A stretch of 64,000 nt of DNA from Octopus vulgaris (Eukaryota), in contig OX597817.1 of the NCBI GenBank assembly GCA_951406725.2, positions 65,100,001 to 65,164,000 on the forward strand, read 5' to 3'. The notes under the pieces are model-generated. The model did no database searches, was not told the DNA's origin, and saw nothing but the letters and a program-made list of their open reading frames with translations. Shown here in pieces: positions 40,030 through 55,729 of the stretch. A program made the translations under genes and the position numbers. Every line of letters begins with the position of its first letter. Position 1 is the stretch's first letter.

Positions 40030-41180
40030 TGGGTGCGTGGTGGTGTTGGTAGTGTGATCGTGTGGTAATGGTGTCTTCATATCGTCGTGGATGAGTTGTA
40101 TAGTTCTGGTGTGAGTGGTATGAGGTGGAAATGGTGGTGTTGGTGGTGTTGTCATGTGGTGGAGTCGTTTTGTGATGACGTCTTTATATGGTTGTGGGAC
40201 AGCGTTGTAGGAGATATATAGTGGTGCAGTGAAGGTATGTGAATGTGGAAAAGGTATGGGGGATTTGCAGCGGTATAGCGGTAGGGTGGTGTGATGGAAG
40301 TATCATGGAGGTTTGGCGGTGTAGTGGAGGTATGGAGGTGTGATGGAGATATGCGAATGTACTGGGGTATAGGGGGTGTGGTGGGGGTATGTAGGTGTGA
40401 TGGAAGTATGGGAGGTGTTGTGACGGTGTGGTGGTATGGCTGTATAGTGGAAGCATTATGGAAGTTTGGCGGTGTTGTGTAGGTATGAGGGTGTGATGGA
40501 GGTATGTGAGTGTAATGGAGTATGGGGGTATGGTGGGAGTGTGCTGGAGGTACGTAGCTGTGGAGGAAATATGTAGTATGGGGGTATTGTGGAGGTATGG
40601 CGGTAGACTGGCGTAGTGGTGGTATGATGAAGGTTTGGCGGTTTGATGGAGGTATGGCGGTCTAGTGGAGGTATGTGAGTGTGCTGGGGTGTGGTGGAGG
40701 TAATGCGGGTAGTATGGAGAGCATAGTAGGTAGAGTAGTGGAGATATGGAGGAATGGCGGTGTGGTGGCGGTACAGTAATGGAGGTACGAGTGTATGGTG
40801 GAGGTATGGTGAAGGTATGGCGGTGTAGTGGAAGTCTGGCAGTTTGGTGGAGGTATGGGAATGTAGTGGAAATATGGCGGTAGGCAGTGTGTTACAAGCA
40901 TGGTGGTGTGGTGGCAGTGTAGTGTGAAGCGGGACGCTGGATCGATGGGTGTGTCACGGTATTGTAGTTACATGGTGGTGATATGGACATGTAGTAGTTA
41001 GTATTTGGTTTTGTGATGGGTTGGTGTAGCGTGAGTGTGGCGGTGTTGTGATTCTTTGGCGGTGATGGTGGTAGTGTGAGGTATTTGGTGATGTGGTGGC
41101 GTGTAACAGTGTGTGTATGTATGTGTGACTGTGTGTGCGCGTGTAGTGGATGTGATGTTGCGATGTTAAGGTGGTGAGCT
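40030..41180. repeat. Degenerate G/T-rich minisatellite (GTGGAGGTATGG-like)
   Basis: Recurrent ggaggtatg and gtggtg motifs, extreme strand skew. Confidence 0.8.
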
Positions 41181-41289
41181 GCAAGTGCAACTACTTAGGG
41201 ATGTCTTGGTAAGATACACAGAATCTAAATAGAAATTACACTGATTACTGAAAATCATAGCCAATAACCAAAAACTACCAGCACCACCA

Positions 41290-42420
<1,131 letters not shown>

Positions 42421-42427
42421 CTGTACG

Positions 42428-43262
42428 AAGGCACGTAGCTTAGTGGTTAGGGTATTCGGCTTACTAGCGTAAGGTCGTAAGTTCAATTCCCAGCGACGCG
42501 TTGTGTCCTTGAGCAAGACACTTTATTTCACGTTACTTCAGTCAAATTAACTGACAAAAGTGAATTGTACCTGTAATTCAAAGGGCCAGCCTTGTATCTT
42601 GCTGAATATCCCAAAGAGCTATGTTAAGGGTACATGTGTCTGTGGAATGCTCAGCAATCTGCGCGTTAATTTCACAAGCAGGCCATTCGGTTGATCAGAT
42701 CATCTGGAACCCTCATCATTGTAACCGATGGAGTGATGTCACTGTTTATTTTTTATGTTAGTATTAAGTGGCACTCCGTCGGTTACGACGACGAGTGTTC
42801 CAATTGAACCGATCAACGGAACAGCCGGCTGGTGAAATTAGCGTCCATGTGGTTGAGCACTTCAAAAATACACTTACCCATAACTTAGGTCCCAAGGAGA
42901 TTGAGCGTGACACAGTATCTTATTTCTTTACTGCCCACAAGGGGCTACATACAGAGGGGACAAACAAGGACAGACAAACAGATTAAGTCGGTTATATCGA
43001 CCCCAGTGTGTAACTGGTACTTATTTAATCGACCCCAAAAGGATGAAAGGCAAAATCGATCTCGGCGGAATTTGAACTCAGAACGTAACGGCAGACGAAA
43101 TACGGCTGGCCATTCGAAATACATGTACAACTAATGTTTGCTAGGTGAGTAAACTGGAGCAACATAAAATATAGTGGCTTGTTCAAAGACACAACGCGCT
43201 ACCGGGAATCGAACACACGACCTTATAATCGTGAGCCGAACACACCCACTACTCAGCGACAT
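42428..43262. mobile_element. Tail-to-tail pair of family D SINEs; the second carries a unit-length family B insert (~42917-43103)
   Basis: Plus copy ends gtaaccgatggagtg; minus copy begins cactccgtcggttac ~35 bp later. Confidence 0.85.
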
Positions 43263-43458
43263 ACCTTCACAGATGTTGGTATTATTGTTCGTATTATTGA
43301 CGTTGATGCTGTTCTTGATGCTATTGTCGTTGTTGTTGAAGTTGTTGGCGGTATTGTTACTTTTGCGATTGCTGAAGATGATGATACTGATGTTGATGAT
43401 GTTGGTGCTGTTTAACACGAACATTAATGATAATGTTGTTGCTATTGCTGTTGATGTT

Positions 43459-43837
43459 TGTTTGTTTGTTTGTTGAGCGAAGCGGTCTTCGCCACAGAGT
43501 GTAGTGGGAGAACTCCGAAACGTGGTCCTTTGTTATTCGTAAGACCCGCAGAAGAGAAAGCAGGTCAACCCCCGACACCGAGAGCATCGACGGATGGATG
43601 AATGCGCATCCAGGCTCAGCGGTTGCGTAGGAAATCGGGGATAAGAAACAGGAAGAAAGAGTGGGAGAAAGTTGGAGCGAAAGAGTACAACAGGGGTCGC
43701 CACCCCACCCTGCCGGAGCCTCATGGAGCTTTAGGTGTTTTCGCTCAATAAACACACACAACGCCCGGCCTGGGAATCGAAACCGCGATCCTCCGACCGC
43801 GAGTCCGCTGCCCTAACCACTGGGCCATTGCGCCTCC
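43459..43837 (-). mobile_element. Young full-length family C SINE with (CAAA)n tail
   Basis: Perfect 13-bp TSD TGCTGTTGATGTT at 43446-43458 and 43838-43850; intact A and B boxes. Confidence 0.93.
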
Positions 43838-44330
43838 TGCTGTTGATGTTCTTTGATTAGCCCCCAGGTCAACGCTAATCAAGCACATATGTAATACAAA
43901 GACATTCTAGCCATGACCATCCCGTTATTTATATTTTGAAGGTTGAGTGAGACAGCGATTATTACATAACCTCATATATGCCTTTTACCTTTTGTAAGTC
44001 GGAGTGTAATTTGAGGGAGAGCTGGCTGCTATTCCTTGCAGGTTGACACTATGTAGAGGTACTCGCTTCGGCTTGTGATATTATAGCAGCGGTTGCTTAA
44101 GTTTTAACAGTAGCAGGAGTAGCAGCAGCAGTAGTAATAATATAGATTTCAAATTTTGGTATTTTATCGAACCCGAAAGTGATGGAAGGCAAAGTCCACC
44201 TCGGTGATATTTGAACTCTGAATGCTGAGACGGACGAAACATTTTGGCCGGCATGCTAACGATTCTGCCAGCTCGTAGTCATAATATTTGTAGTTGTTTT
44301 TGTTGATCTTTTTTCAACAACCACCCATAC

Positions 44331-44364
<34 letters not shown>

Positions 44365-44557
44365 TATAATGGCACAAGGCTTACAGCTTTGAGGGAACCA
44401 TCGTCCTCAGTACTAAAATTTGTAGTTTATTTTATTGACCTTCGGCGGGATTTGAATCCAGAACAATAAACAGTCATATAAAAACATCACATAAGGCAGT
44501 TTGTCCAATGTTCTAACGATTCGCTAATCCAATTATAATAAGGTTGATGATGATGAC

Positions 44558-44619
<62 letters not shown>

Positions 44620-45233
44620 TAGTATTAATAAAATTTTGGCCAAGAACTTTGTGGGGAGGAGATTAGCCGATACCATCGATCCCAGTACTATATATACTCT
44701 GATAAATACTCCAGAAATGCAACGGAAGAGTAATTTATCATTAAATATATTTACATATTCTCTATTTAATGTAATGAGTAGCTTATTTTAGATATGATTT
44801 CTTCCGCCCTTAACTACAATTGTAAACACATGCACACGCTCACACAAACACTCACACTCAAAAGCATACACACATACACAAAGACATAAATACACACACA
44901 CGCACAATCACACCACACATCCATACGCATAAATACACACACACACGCACGCTCACGCACGCTCACGCATATACATACAGTCACACATATGTAATCATGA
45001 TAAGCAAGAAAATGAGACTATACGCATCAATATCATAAATGGAGTTAAGATACAAACTAAATAATGGAGTTAAGATACAAAGCTACTCCTCATCAGCCTT
45101 TTCTCTGGGGATTTTTACGATATCGATGCCTTAGACAGTACTGTTACCCTTATGGCGTCAATAGTCATCGGATACAGTTGTTAGGGAATGAAGCAGTGGA
45201 GACATATGCACCTGTCTCCCTCTCCCTCACTCT

Positions 45234-45305
<72 letters not shown>

Positions 45306-45326
45306 GTATATACATGCATGTATACC

Positions 45327-45377
<51 letters not shown>

Positions 45378-45459
45378 TTATATTCATGAAGATATAAACA
45401 TACACACACAAACACACAATAAATATGCAATGTATAAAGCATGCAATATAGTATAAAAC

Positions 45460-45510
<51 letters not shown>

Positions 45511-45676
45511 CAATAAATATACGATATATAATACACAAGTTAATATATATCATATACGCTTTACAAAATATTATACATACAATACAATATAATATACATT
45601 ACACAGTATATATATGTGTGCGTGTGTGTGTATGTATATCTGTATGTATGTATGAATGTGTGTATATATATGTGCG

Positions 45677-45757
<81 letters not shown>

Positions 45758-45785
45758 TATATGTATGTATAACATATATATGTAT

Positions 45786-45855
<70 letters not shown>

Positions 45856-46173
45856 AATACACTACAATAAATATACAGCAGAATGGACCATGTCTTTCTA
45901 TCAGTCCAATATGGCCGCCGATTGTTCCCCCAACAATCTCTCTATGATCTTTAGGGATCGAAATCGCATGTTTTATGTCTTAAATCTCAAGACAGATATG
46001 TTCCATATTAAAGAAGGCACAGCTTACAGATAGAACACTCGTCAAGCAATATCTGCTTTCTTTTTCGAACTTCATTTTATTTATTTATTTATTTATTTAT
46101 TTATTTCGCTCAGCTATCTCCTTGCTGTACGCCTACTGAAGCAAAGATCTCCAGGGCTATTCAACAACAACAA

Positions 46174-46209
<36 letters not shown>

Positions 46210-46266
46210 CTACAACATCATCAACATCATCCCCCCCAACAAGAACAACAACAGCAGCAGCAGCAA

Positions 46267-46298
<32 letters not shown>

Positions 46299-46376
46299 AC
46301 AGCAGCAACAGTAGCGACAGCAACAGCATCAACAGTAATAACAACAAAAACATCAACAAACAACAACTACAATTTC

Positions 46377-46407
<31 letters not shown>

Positions 46408-46962
46408 GCAGAAATAGCATCAATGTCATCATCGGCAGTAACATCAACAACAACGAGAACACTAACAAAAACATCATCAGTATGCATATAGCAACGTTAA
46501 CAATATCATTATTATCCTTCCTTTCAAAATCATTCTGAACAAAACAATATCGTCTTCTTCTTCTTCACCACCACCACCACCACCACCACCACCACCACCA
46601 CAACCACCACCACCACCACCACCACCACCACCACCACCACCACCACCTTCACCACCACCTTCACCACCACCACCACCACCACCTTGTATAAGGTATCTTG
46701 GTTGATGTGATGGAGTAAAAACCATTTTTATTACAGTGTCAATGGTACACAAGTATGCGAAAATGTGTGTAGGCAAATGTATACGTTTGTTATTGTGTGG
46801 TTGTGTATGTGTATGCTTGTGTGTCTGTATGGTTGTTTGTGTGCGGCGTGCGCGCAAAAGTGTGTGTGTGGTTGTCTTAGTGTGTGGTTGTACAAGTGCT
46901 TGGGTGTGTGGTTGAGATCGCTTATGAGAGTGTCTGCGTGTCTGTCCCTGGATATATCAGTA

Positions 46963-46996
<34 letters not shown>

Positions 46997-47589
46997 CATG
47001 TGTGTATGTGTGCTATGCGTGTGTTCCAGTATGTGTATCTGTTTCAGTACGTGGTGTGTAATGTGTACGCGTGTATTTATTTGGCTGTATTATCTCTTAG
47101 CAATGAAAGCTATAACTATCCTCTTCGATCGATCCTCATCCTCGTTCTACTTCTCCTCAGCACCATCTGTACCGCCACCATCGTCTTCGTTATCATTCAT
47201 ACCCTCCGCTCCTCCATTCCATCATCATCATCATCATCGTTTGGCATCCTGGTCGTTATATATGTTCTGACATTTAACTGTTGATGTTGTTTAGTTCGAG
47301 GTGAAAGTTATTCCAGTCGTGACCATCCAGCCTTTTTTTTTTTCAGTTATCCAAGCTGTGTTGTAGTGTACACGGTTAATTCTGTTTTGTTCTTTGCGAA
47401 TTGAGAAGAAACATTACCACTAGCACAACATTAAACAAGGAATGCAGGTGAAGCAGATTGTGTCATAGGAAGCATATAACCGACAGCTGTATTTTTATAG
47501 TTCACTTTTTAAAATCTTACATACATACATACATGCATACATGCATACATGCATACATACATGCATACATACATACATACATACATACA

Positions 47590-47622
<33 letters not shown>

Positions 47623-47845
47623 GCGGTATGGGGAAAAGGTTTGGAGAGAAGTTAAAAATGTCCAAGAAAAGCACGCGCATCGTTACATGGCTCTCTCTCT
47701 CTCTTGCTCTTTCTCTCTCTCACTCGCTATTTCTCTCTCTCGCTCTTTCTCTTTCTCTCTCCCTTTATATATGTGTGTGAGTTTGTGTGTGTGAGTTTGT
47801 ATGTGTATGTATACATATACACACACACAAACTCACACGCACACA

Positions 47846-47886
<41 letters not shown>

Positions 47887-47961
47887 CATATATATAGAGA
47901 GACATGTAACCACGCCCGTGTTTTTCTTGGACTTTTTTCCTTCTCTCCAAACCTTTCCTCT

Positions 47962-47997
47962 TCTTTCTGACGAAGAGCCATGCTCGAAACGTTGCAC
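47962..47997 (+). ncRNA. Candidate minimal hammerhead motif with canonical core in a PLE-terminus-like repeat
   Basis: CUGACGA-a-gagc-cat-gctc-GAAA-c-GUU; palindromic AACGTT; stem I is poor. Confidence 0.45.
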
Positions 47998-48517
47998 ACC
48001 ACCTCTTTTTTCCATCTTAAACTGAGCGTCAACCTAAAACATTTACTGTATACGCCCTACTGATTTTTGTTCTTTTATTTTCATTTTCAGTTTCGATATG
48101 CCTATACGTATATATGTATATATATATATATTTCCTGGGCGTAGCGAATAAGAAAGTGGTACAGCGTTAAACGTTAAACAGCGACTGGAGAGGAGAGAAA
48201 ATATGTGATGTCGGAAGAGGTTCTAAGCTTGACTGATTGTTGTGGTTCTAGGTCCTACCAAATTGTACCAACATAGTTAATGTATAATAAAACTTAATAA
48301 TTTTAATGTGAAACTAAATCTTAAAGATTTTATTTGAGGCTAAATGTCTGAATATATATAAATAGTTCCACGTTCATATTAAAATGAATTATTTCAAACG
48401 ATAATCATAGTATTATTGAATGAAATCAAGTGAAATAATATTACAGATACCTTGACCTGTAATTCGATATGCTAGCTGTTAGGCCAGCAACCAAATACCA
48501 TCACATAATTTAGCGGT

Positions 48518-48608
<91 letters not shown>

Positions 48609-48921
48609 CAGTATACATACCAGATTTAACTTGTGAAACTCACTTAGTAGGCCTTTATATACTGACACAAGTAGTATTACATACAGCGATACCTTTATAC
48701 AGATGCACATAATATAAGCATATATACCGGTAAGTACAATACACGTACGTATTTAGATATATGGATCCACATACGTACATATATGCATGTGCATTCATAT
48801 GAAACCGCACCTGCACACCAGTAAGCATGTAAATACATACATGTTCATAAACTCATGCTTCTGCAAATAATACACGAATATATCTAGGTTCAAGTGTATG
48901 TGTGTGTTTGTGTGTGTGTTT

Positions 48922-48993
<72 letters not shown>

Positions 48994-49291
48994 GCGTGCG
49001 TGTGTGTGCATTTAACGATATGTATGTGGTGTCTGGGTCGTTGTAGCCACTAGATATCTGAAGTGGTATTTTGGTTGTTGGCATTCTACCTAACATATCA
49101 AGTTGTAGGACAAGCCATCTGCAAAAGCATTTAACTTCATTTCATGCAAAATAATCATAATTATTGTTTGAATTTTCAATTTTAGCATAAACGTGAGTCT
49201 GTTTAAGAATATTTAATCATTTTACACCAGAGTATATTCTTCAGATATCTTGCAAATTACCAATAAAACTTTTGGTTTAATTTACTTTGTA

Positions 49292-49628
49292 GCTTTTACT
49301 TGTTTCAGTCATTAAACTGCGGCCATGCTGGAGCACCGCCTTGAATAATTTGTTTAGTCGAATGAATCGACCCCAGTACTTATTTTATTTTTATAATCTG
49401 GTACTTATTCTATCGGTCCCTTTTGCTGAACCTCTTCGTTACGGGGGACGTAAACAAACCAACACCGGTTGTCAAGCGGTAGCGAGAGACAAACACTCCC
49501 CCTACACGTCGACGGGATTTTTTCAGTTTCCGCCTACCAAATCTACTCACAAGCCTTTGGTCGGCCCGAGATTATAGTAGAAGACACTTGCCCAAGATGC
49601 AACGTAGTGGGACTGAACCCGGAACCAT
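49292..49628 (-). mobile_element. Family A SINE, head truncated
   Basis: Collinear with 5301-5700. Confidence 0.85.
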
Positions 49629-49934
49629 ATATAGTTGTGGTGTTAAGCGCACTATCATATTTACTATTTTGTCCGTCCTTTTTCGACGATTTCAGTAGTA
49701 TATATTACTAAAATGTTTCACTATTTGCCAACGACCAGGTCATTGATGTAATATTCTACAGTTAAAAAGAATACCTGCAGAAGGACTTGTTACATTTAAC
49801 CAAGTCGTATAATTCGAACTCTCTAAATACTTTGGTTATATTAGAGATATGAATATCGTGTATCAGTGATCAGGTAACAAATGTATCAACTAGCCAGACT
49901 GAATGATTAGTATTCTTCTGTATTGTGAAAATGT

Positions 49935-50185
49935 GGAGGCGCATGGTTTAGTGGTTAGGGGTGTTGGACTCATGATCGCAAGATTGTGGTTTCGTTTCTG
50001 GACCGGTTGACGTGTTGCCTTCTTTAGCAAAACACTTCATTTCATGTTGCGTCAGTTTGATCAGCTGGCAAAAATGAGTAATCCTGCAACGGACCCGCAT
50101 TCCGTCCAGCTGGGGAATATATACGCCATAGAAACCAGGAAACCGGCCTTTATGAGCTGGCATGACTCAAGGAGGAAGCTTTAAT
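49935..50185 (+). mobile_element. tRNA-derived SINE related to families C and D
   Basis: ggaggcgcaTGGTTTAGTGGttag head; related degenerate copy at ~27655-27875. Confidence 0.75.
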
Positions 50186-50715
50186 TTAACTGTTTTTTTT
50201 TGTGCATTGTGGAAGGAAACATCAATAACTTAGTCGTATGTTTCCAACCTAGCTATTTATAACTCTCTTCCGTAAGAGAATAGAATAACTAGGTATCAGA
50301 ATGTTCACCCTGGATAATTCAAGCATTTACGATGTAATTATTGATACTCGTTTCCTCAACATAGTATAAGGTATCAATTAGGATGAAAAAAAAAGGGGGA
50401 AAATGTTTAAATGGGTCAATTGATATATTTAAAACCTGTAACACAGAATTCTATGATAATGGCTCTATACAGTAAAAGGGGATGAACACCAGCACATGCA
50501 CCTACTCCAATACCATTAGAACCACCAGCACCATCGGCTCCACCGGCACCACCTGCATCACCAGCACCAGCACTAGCACCACCACCACCACCACCAACAA
50601 CAACACTGAAGAGTAACAACAAAAAAACTACAAGAGCACTAACGTCCTCCTCCTTCCCTCTCCTTCACATCATCATTAACTTTTCCTCCTCCTCCTCCTC
50701 CTCCTCCTCCTACTG

Positions 50716-50760
<45 letters not shown>

Positions 50761-50773
50761 GTACTACTACTAG

Positions 50774-50810
<37 letters not shown>

Positions 50811-51098
50811 GACTTCATTCTCAGCTTGCTCAAGTGTTTCAATGCTGGATGAAATAAAACCAGGTTCCAGACCGTAGCAGGCTATTCTAAATAATGATCT
50901 AATTTATAAGTAAACACATCTCAAAATAATTTATAAATAGTTACGTGTCAGGATGTATATTTTTTTTTATGTATGTAATGTACACACATGCTTCAACATA
51001 TGTGTATATTTCTCTCTCTCCTCCTTCCCACCCTCTTCTTTCTGCATATACAACTATAGCTATATACATACATATAAAAATATGTATATATGCATATA

Positions 51099-51307
<209 letters not shown>

Positions 51308-51682
51308 CACACTCACATATATATACATATATACATACTCATATGAACGTCCATAAGTATATCTATACATGTATATATACGTATACTACACACACACATA
51401 CACATACTCACACACACATACACACGCACTCACACACACATACACACATACACACATACACACATGTATTTCCTAAACACACACCCCACAAACAGTAAAA
51501 AAAATTTATCCTCGTATCTAAAAGTAAATTCACATCAGAGAAAGAAGTCATAAACAACACACACACACACGCACACAAAGTCATACATACACAGACATAT
51601 ATATATACATTCTTACGTAATCACGCATAAGTATGCACGTTTCTTACACATATTTTCACATTCATATCCATAGACACACACA

Positions 51683-51721
<39 letters not shown>

Positions 51722-52267
51722 AGATTTGCGTATGCGGAAACACGCAAACGCACGCAAATATACAAGAAAAATCATTCTTACGTAGAGGTACGCACACAAT
51801 CTGCGATTGTTTACATAGAAATATACAATCTTTTATACACTCACGAACATACGGCGACCACCTCCCAAAACTGGCAAAAGCATAAATATACACGTAGACG
51901 TAGTAACCGTTGTGACTCTGGGACCCTCTGATGAATAATTCTTTTGTTCACTCTGTCAGACGGTTGGCAACACCACTTTCTCCGCATAACAGTTTTCTCG
52001 TAGAATTTTCTCACAAATCAACGAGCCTATACGCTGTCTTTCGACCAACCAAATGTCCCTCAAACTACACTGTACTGTCTTAAATTGGGGAAAGGCACAC
52101 TGACAAACGAAATGATATTGGTGGCTGGAAAAATATTAGACCATATGTCTGTGCAGGATCGGAGTTGACATGGGGTCAAGTAACAACAACAACGATAACA
52201 GCAACAATAACAACCGCTGATATCTAACCCATGTGGTTGAACGATTCCTACATCATGTTTTATATGG

Positions 52268-52480
52268 GTTTCAAATTTTGGTGTAAGGCCAGCAATTTTG
52301 AGGAAGGGGGCAAGTAGATTCCGTCAACACCAGTGCTTGACTGGCACTTATTTTATTGACCTCGAAGGAATAAAAGGTAAAGTCGACCTCAGCGGCATTT
52401 AAACTCAGAGCGCTGGGACGGACAAAATGACATTAAGCAATTTGGTCGGCGTGCTAACGATTCTGCCAACTCACCGCCTC
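52268..52480 (-). mobile_element. Family B SINE
   Basis: Core and head homology. Confidence 0.8.
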
Positions 52481-53142
52481 TTCCTGCTTTATATGAAAAG
52501 TATTTCTTTCAAATTTGTAAAGCGTCGGGTGTATTGTTGATTTATTCACTCCTAACGCCTGTCTAGTATTTATTTTGTCTTCTCAGGGGAAAGATAAAAA
52601 AGGATCCCTATTGTATTTGAATACTGAGTGTGGAAGGAAATCGCACGATTGAATCAAAGGAGTAAGGATAGCTCTGATGACCTTTTATAAGTCCTCTGAG
52701 ATTAGTGGGCACAAGAGAGGATGTTATCATTCCACTTAAAACCCGACCCAAATGCTAGCAACGCCATAGACTCCACATGAGGATCCCAAGGACAAAATGG
52801 TGTCATTAAACCAGATGATGGATGATTAAGTTCCCCTGTATTCAATTTCATCCACACAGCTTTGTCCGTCCGGAGTCTACGATAGAAAAATGTTGCCTAA
52901 AATGCAGTATACAACTGAAATCCATGTATTTGTATGACACAACTCTTAAAAATTTGCGCCCAATTTCTTACTGTCAATCAATTAGTGCGACACTCTACTG
53001 TTTCGGTATCTTCTCTCCGTCTTTTAAAGATGCTATATCTAAGTTTATATTTCATAATATCACTTTCATGTTAAACGATAATGATATCATTTCTATAGCG
53101 TGATTTCAAGCTATAATATCACACAGCTCCAACTATAATATT

Positions 53143-53355
53143 GATTTTAAATTTTGGCACACGGCCAACAATTTCGGGGGAAGGAGTATGTCGATTACAT
53201 CGACCCCAGTACTCAACTGGAACTTATTTTATCGACCCTGAAAGGATGAAAGACGAAGTCGACCTGGGCGAAATTTGAACTCAGAACGCAGATACGGAAG
53301 AAATGCCGCTAAGCATCTTGCCCGGTGGGCTACGATTCCGCCAGCCCGCCGCCCC
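53143..53355 (-). mobile_element. Family B SINE
   Basis: Core and head homology. Confidence 0.8.
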
Positions 53356-53461
53356 AGCCTTAACTATAATATTGAAAGCAAAGTTGGTGGATATTTGATA
53401 AATTCGGTTGCTTTGAAGTGTGAAAACAATAACAATGCTTCGCACGCAAATATATATATAT

Positions 53462-53517
<56 letters not shown>

Positions 53518-53590
53518 GCACGTACGCACGTATGTATGTATGTATGTATGTATGTATGTATGTATGTATGTATGTATGTATGTATGTATG

Positions 53591-54705
53591 TCATTGTTCA
53601 ATTTTATTTAAAGAGTTCTTGCCTAAAGAGAAAGAGCTGCTTTCAAGGCACCTCCATTGGAATTTCAACATCAACAGGGTATTCTTGTTTGTATGTATGT
53701 TTGTATGTTTATGTTTATGTTTTACTTTATGTATGTATTCTCATAAATATAGTTGCAAATCTAGACATGCTCATATATATTTAAATTATAAACCTTTGGA
53801 AAGTTTTACAGATTTTTACACTTCCAGTGATGGATTGCATCTGTAGTCTTCGAATTAGCTTTCTCCTTTCTGGTTTGAGAAGCCTAATTTCTCAAGATTG
53901 GTATTTAGGCAGTGTGTTACATATCCCAGGGCCACAGTAATTACAGGTATAAACTTGAACTTGCAATCTGGATAGAGTAACTGCAGATTTCTCAATAGTT
54001 CAGCGTAGGTGTTCTTTTTTTCACTGATCTTCAGCTTTATATTAACATCCGCTGGGCAGCTAATTTCCACAACCGTGCACAGTTTCTCTTCTCTGTCTCA
54101 AATCATTACATCAGGTCTGTTGTGCTTACATTTTATTGAGGTCTTCCCTGGGACATTCCACCAGTGCTCCTTTGTATTTTGAGTGGTTATGGCTTCTACC
54201 AAACTGTGGGTTCTTGTTTCTTCGACCTCGGGGTTATCCTTCCGACGGATTTCATTATAGAGTGTCCTAGCTACAACATCATGTCGCATCCTTAGATAAT
54301 ACCGTGATGACATTTTAGAACAACTGCTTATGATGTAGGTGATATATTCGGTGTTAACTTCACAAAGTCTGTATAGGTTTTCACATTTTATTGCTTTTCC
54401 TACATCTCTATCCCATTTGTGCATCAGATACTTGGTTGATATTTCCTGTTCCTGGATTGCAAACGCATACCCTTCAAAGTGGGAGATAGTAATCCGGCTA
54501 TTGGTTTATGATAAATTTCTTTGATGATCGATGTTACTATCATCTCGGAGCTTTCTAACATATCCATGAATAATATTCTGCTCATATGGGCTCATCCTTT
54601 CATCTGATGATACGATACGTTAGTCGTGCAACTTCTTTGGGCATGTATTCTAGCTTACCAGACAAATAATGTTACTCATGGAGCAAAGAATGTCACTCAA
54701 GTCTT
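53591..54705 (-). mobile_element. 5'-truncated R4-clade LINE (zinc knuckle plus restriction-like endonuclease) flanked by (TACA)n
   Basis: RLC..E.IT.IISSC..RHDVVA..KHNRPDVMI..VEISCP..K..EK..Y..L..IPVI..ALG. (TATG)n at 53530-53590 and 54706-54800. Confidence 0.88.
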
Positions 54706-54804
54706 GTATGTATGTATGTATGTATGTATGTATGTATGTATGTATGTATGTATGTATGTATGTATGTATGTGTGTATGCATGTATGTATATTTGTATGTA
54801 TATA

Positions 54805-55663
54805 TGAAGGGATACCCCCAAAACCTCGGAATTTTGGAATATTATCTTCACTTAGTTTTACATATTTACACTTTTATCGCCTTCAGAATATTCTCCACTC
54901 GAAGCGATGCAACAGTCCAGGCGCTTTTTCCACTATTCGAATCTGTGCTGGAACTCTAGCGAAGTGATGCATTTTAACGCCTCCGTTGTTTCTTCTACAC
55001 CTCTTCCACATCTGCAAATTCGGTATCACTAGCTTTCGTTACCAATGATGACTTTCGAAAAAAGTTCACGACACATATTCAGTCATTACTGCTTTTGATC
55101 TTCAGCGAGCACGTGAGGCACAAATTTTGTTGCAACTCTTTTCAAAATTCGTTGACAGGAGCTCCAGGACACACCAGTCATATCAACAAGTTCGTCAATT
55201 ATTCAGTGACGGTCCTCCAATTTTCATATTTTCATTCGTTCTGCAGGTCGACGATTGTCCTGAATAAGGTTGGTTTCCAAGCGACAAATGAGCATTCCTA
55301 AAGCGTGGAAACTACTGGTAAACTTGTGTTTTGCTCATGGCAGCGTCCTTGTAAGCTGTTTGAAGCGTGACAACTGTTTCGGCTGCCGTTTTCCTCATCA
55401 GAAAACAGAATTTCACGGAAGTACTCTGTTCCTTCGTTTCAGCCATCGCAAAAATCAACGAACAGGGGAGAAACACAGCAAAACAAAAATGCATTACGTG
55501 GCAGTACGACTTCACCCGATGATGCCTGTCGACAGACTGATGCCTGGAGGTCGCATCAAGTGGCTTCTAGCGGCGGAAGCCTGAACTACAACGTGGGTTT
55601 GTCCCATAGAGAACGTTGCCGGTTACTTTTGGGTGGCTCCGGTTACTTTTGGGTACCTCTTCG
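54805..55663 (-). mobile_element. Degraded mariner-family transposon
   Basis: MAETKEQSTSVKFCFLMRKTAAETVVTLQTAYKDAAMSKTQVY (mariner N-terminal HTH); imperfect TIRs TGAAGGGATACCCCCAAAA / CGAAGAGGTACCCAAAA; TA on both sides. Confidence 0.85.
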
Positions 55664-55729
55664 TATACTTTATTTGTGGGTTAACAAGGCATGTGTGTGT
55701 TGGCTTTGTGTGTGTGTGCGTGGTACATG

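Noticed and set aside
45085-45100. CTGATGA motifs here (minus strand) and at ~20867, 31153, 51928 and 52674 as hammerheads
   Set aside because: No properly placed stem II plus GAAA and NUH.
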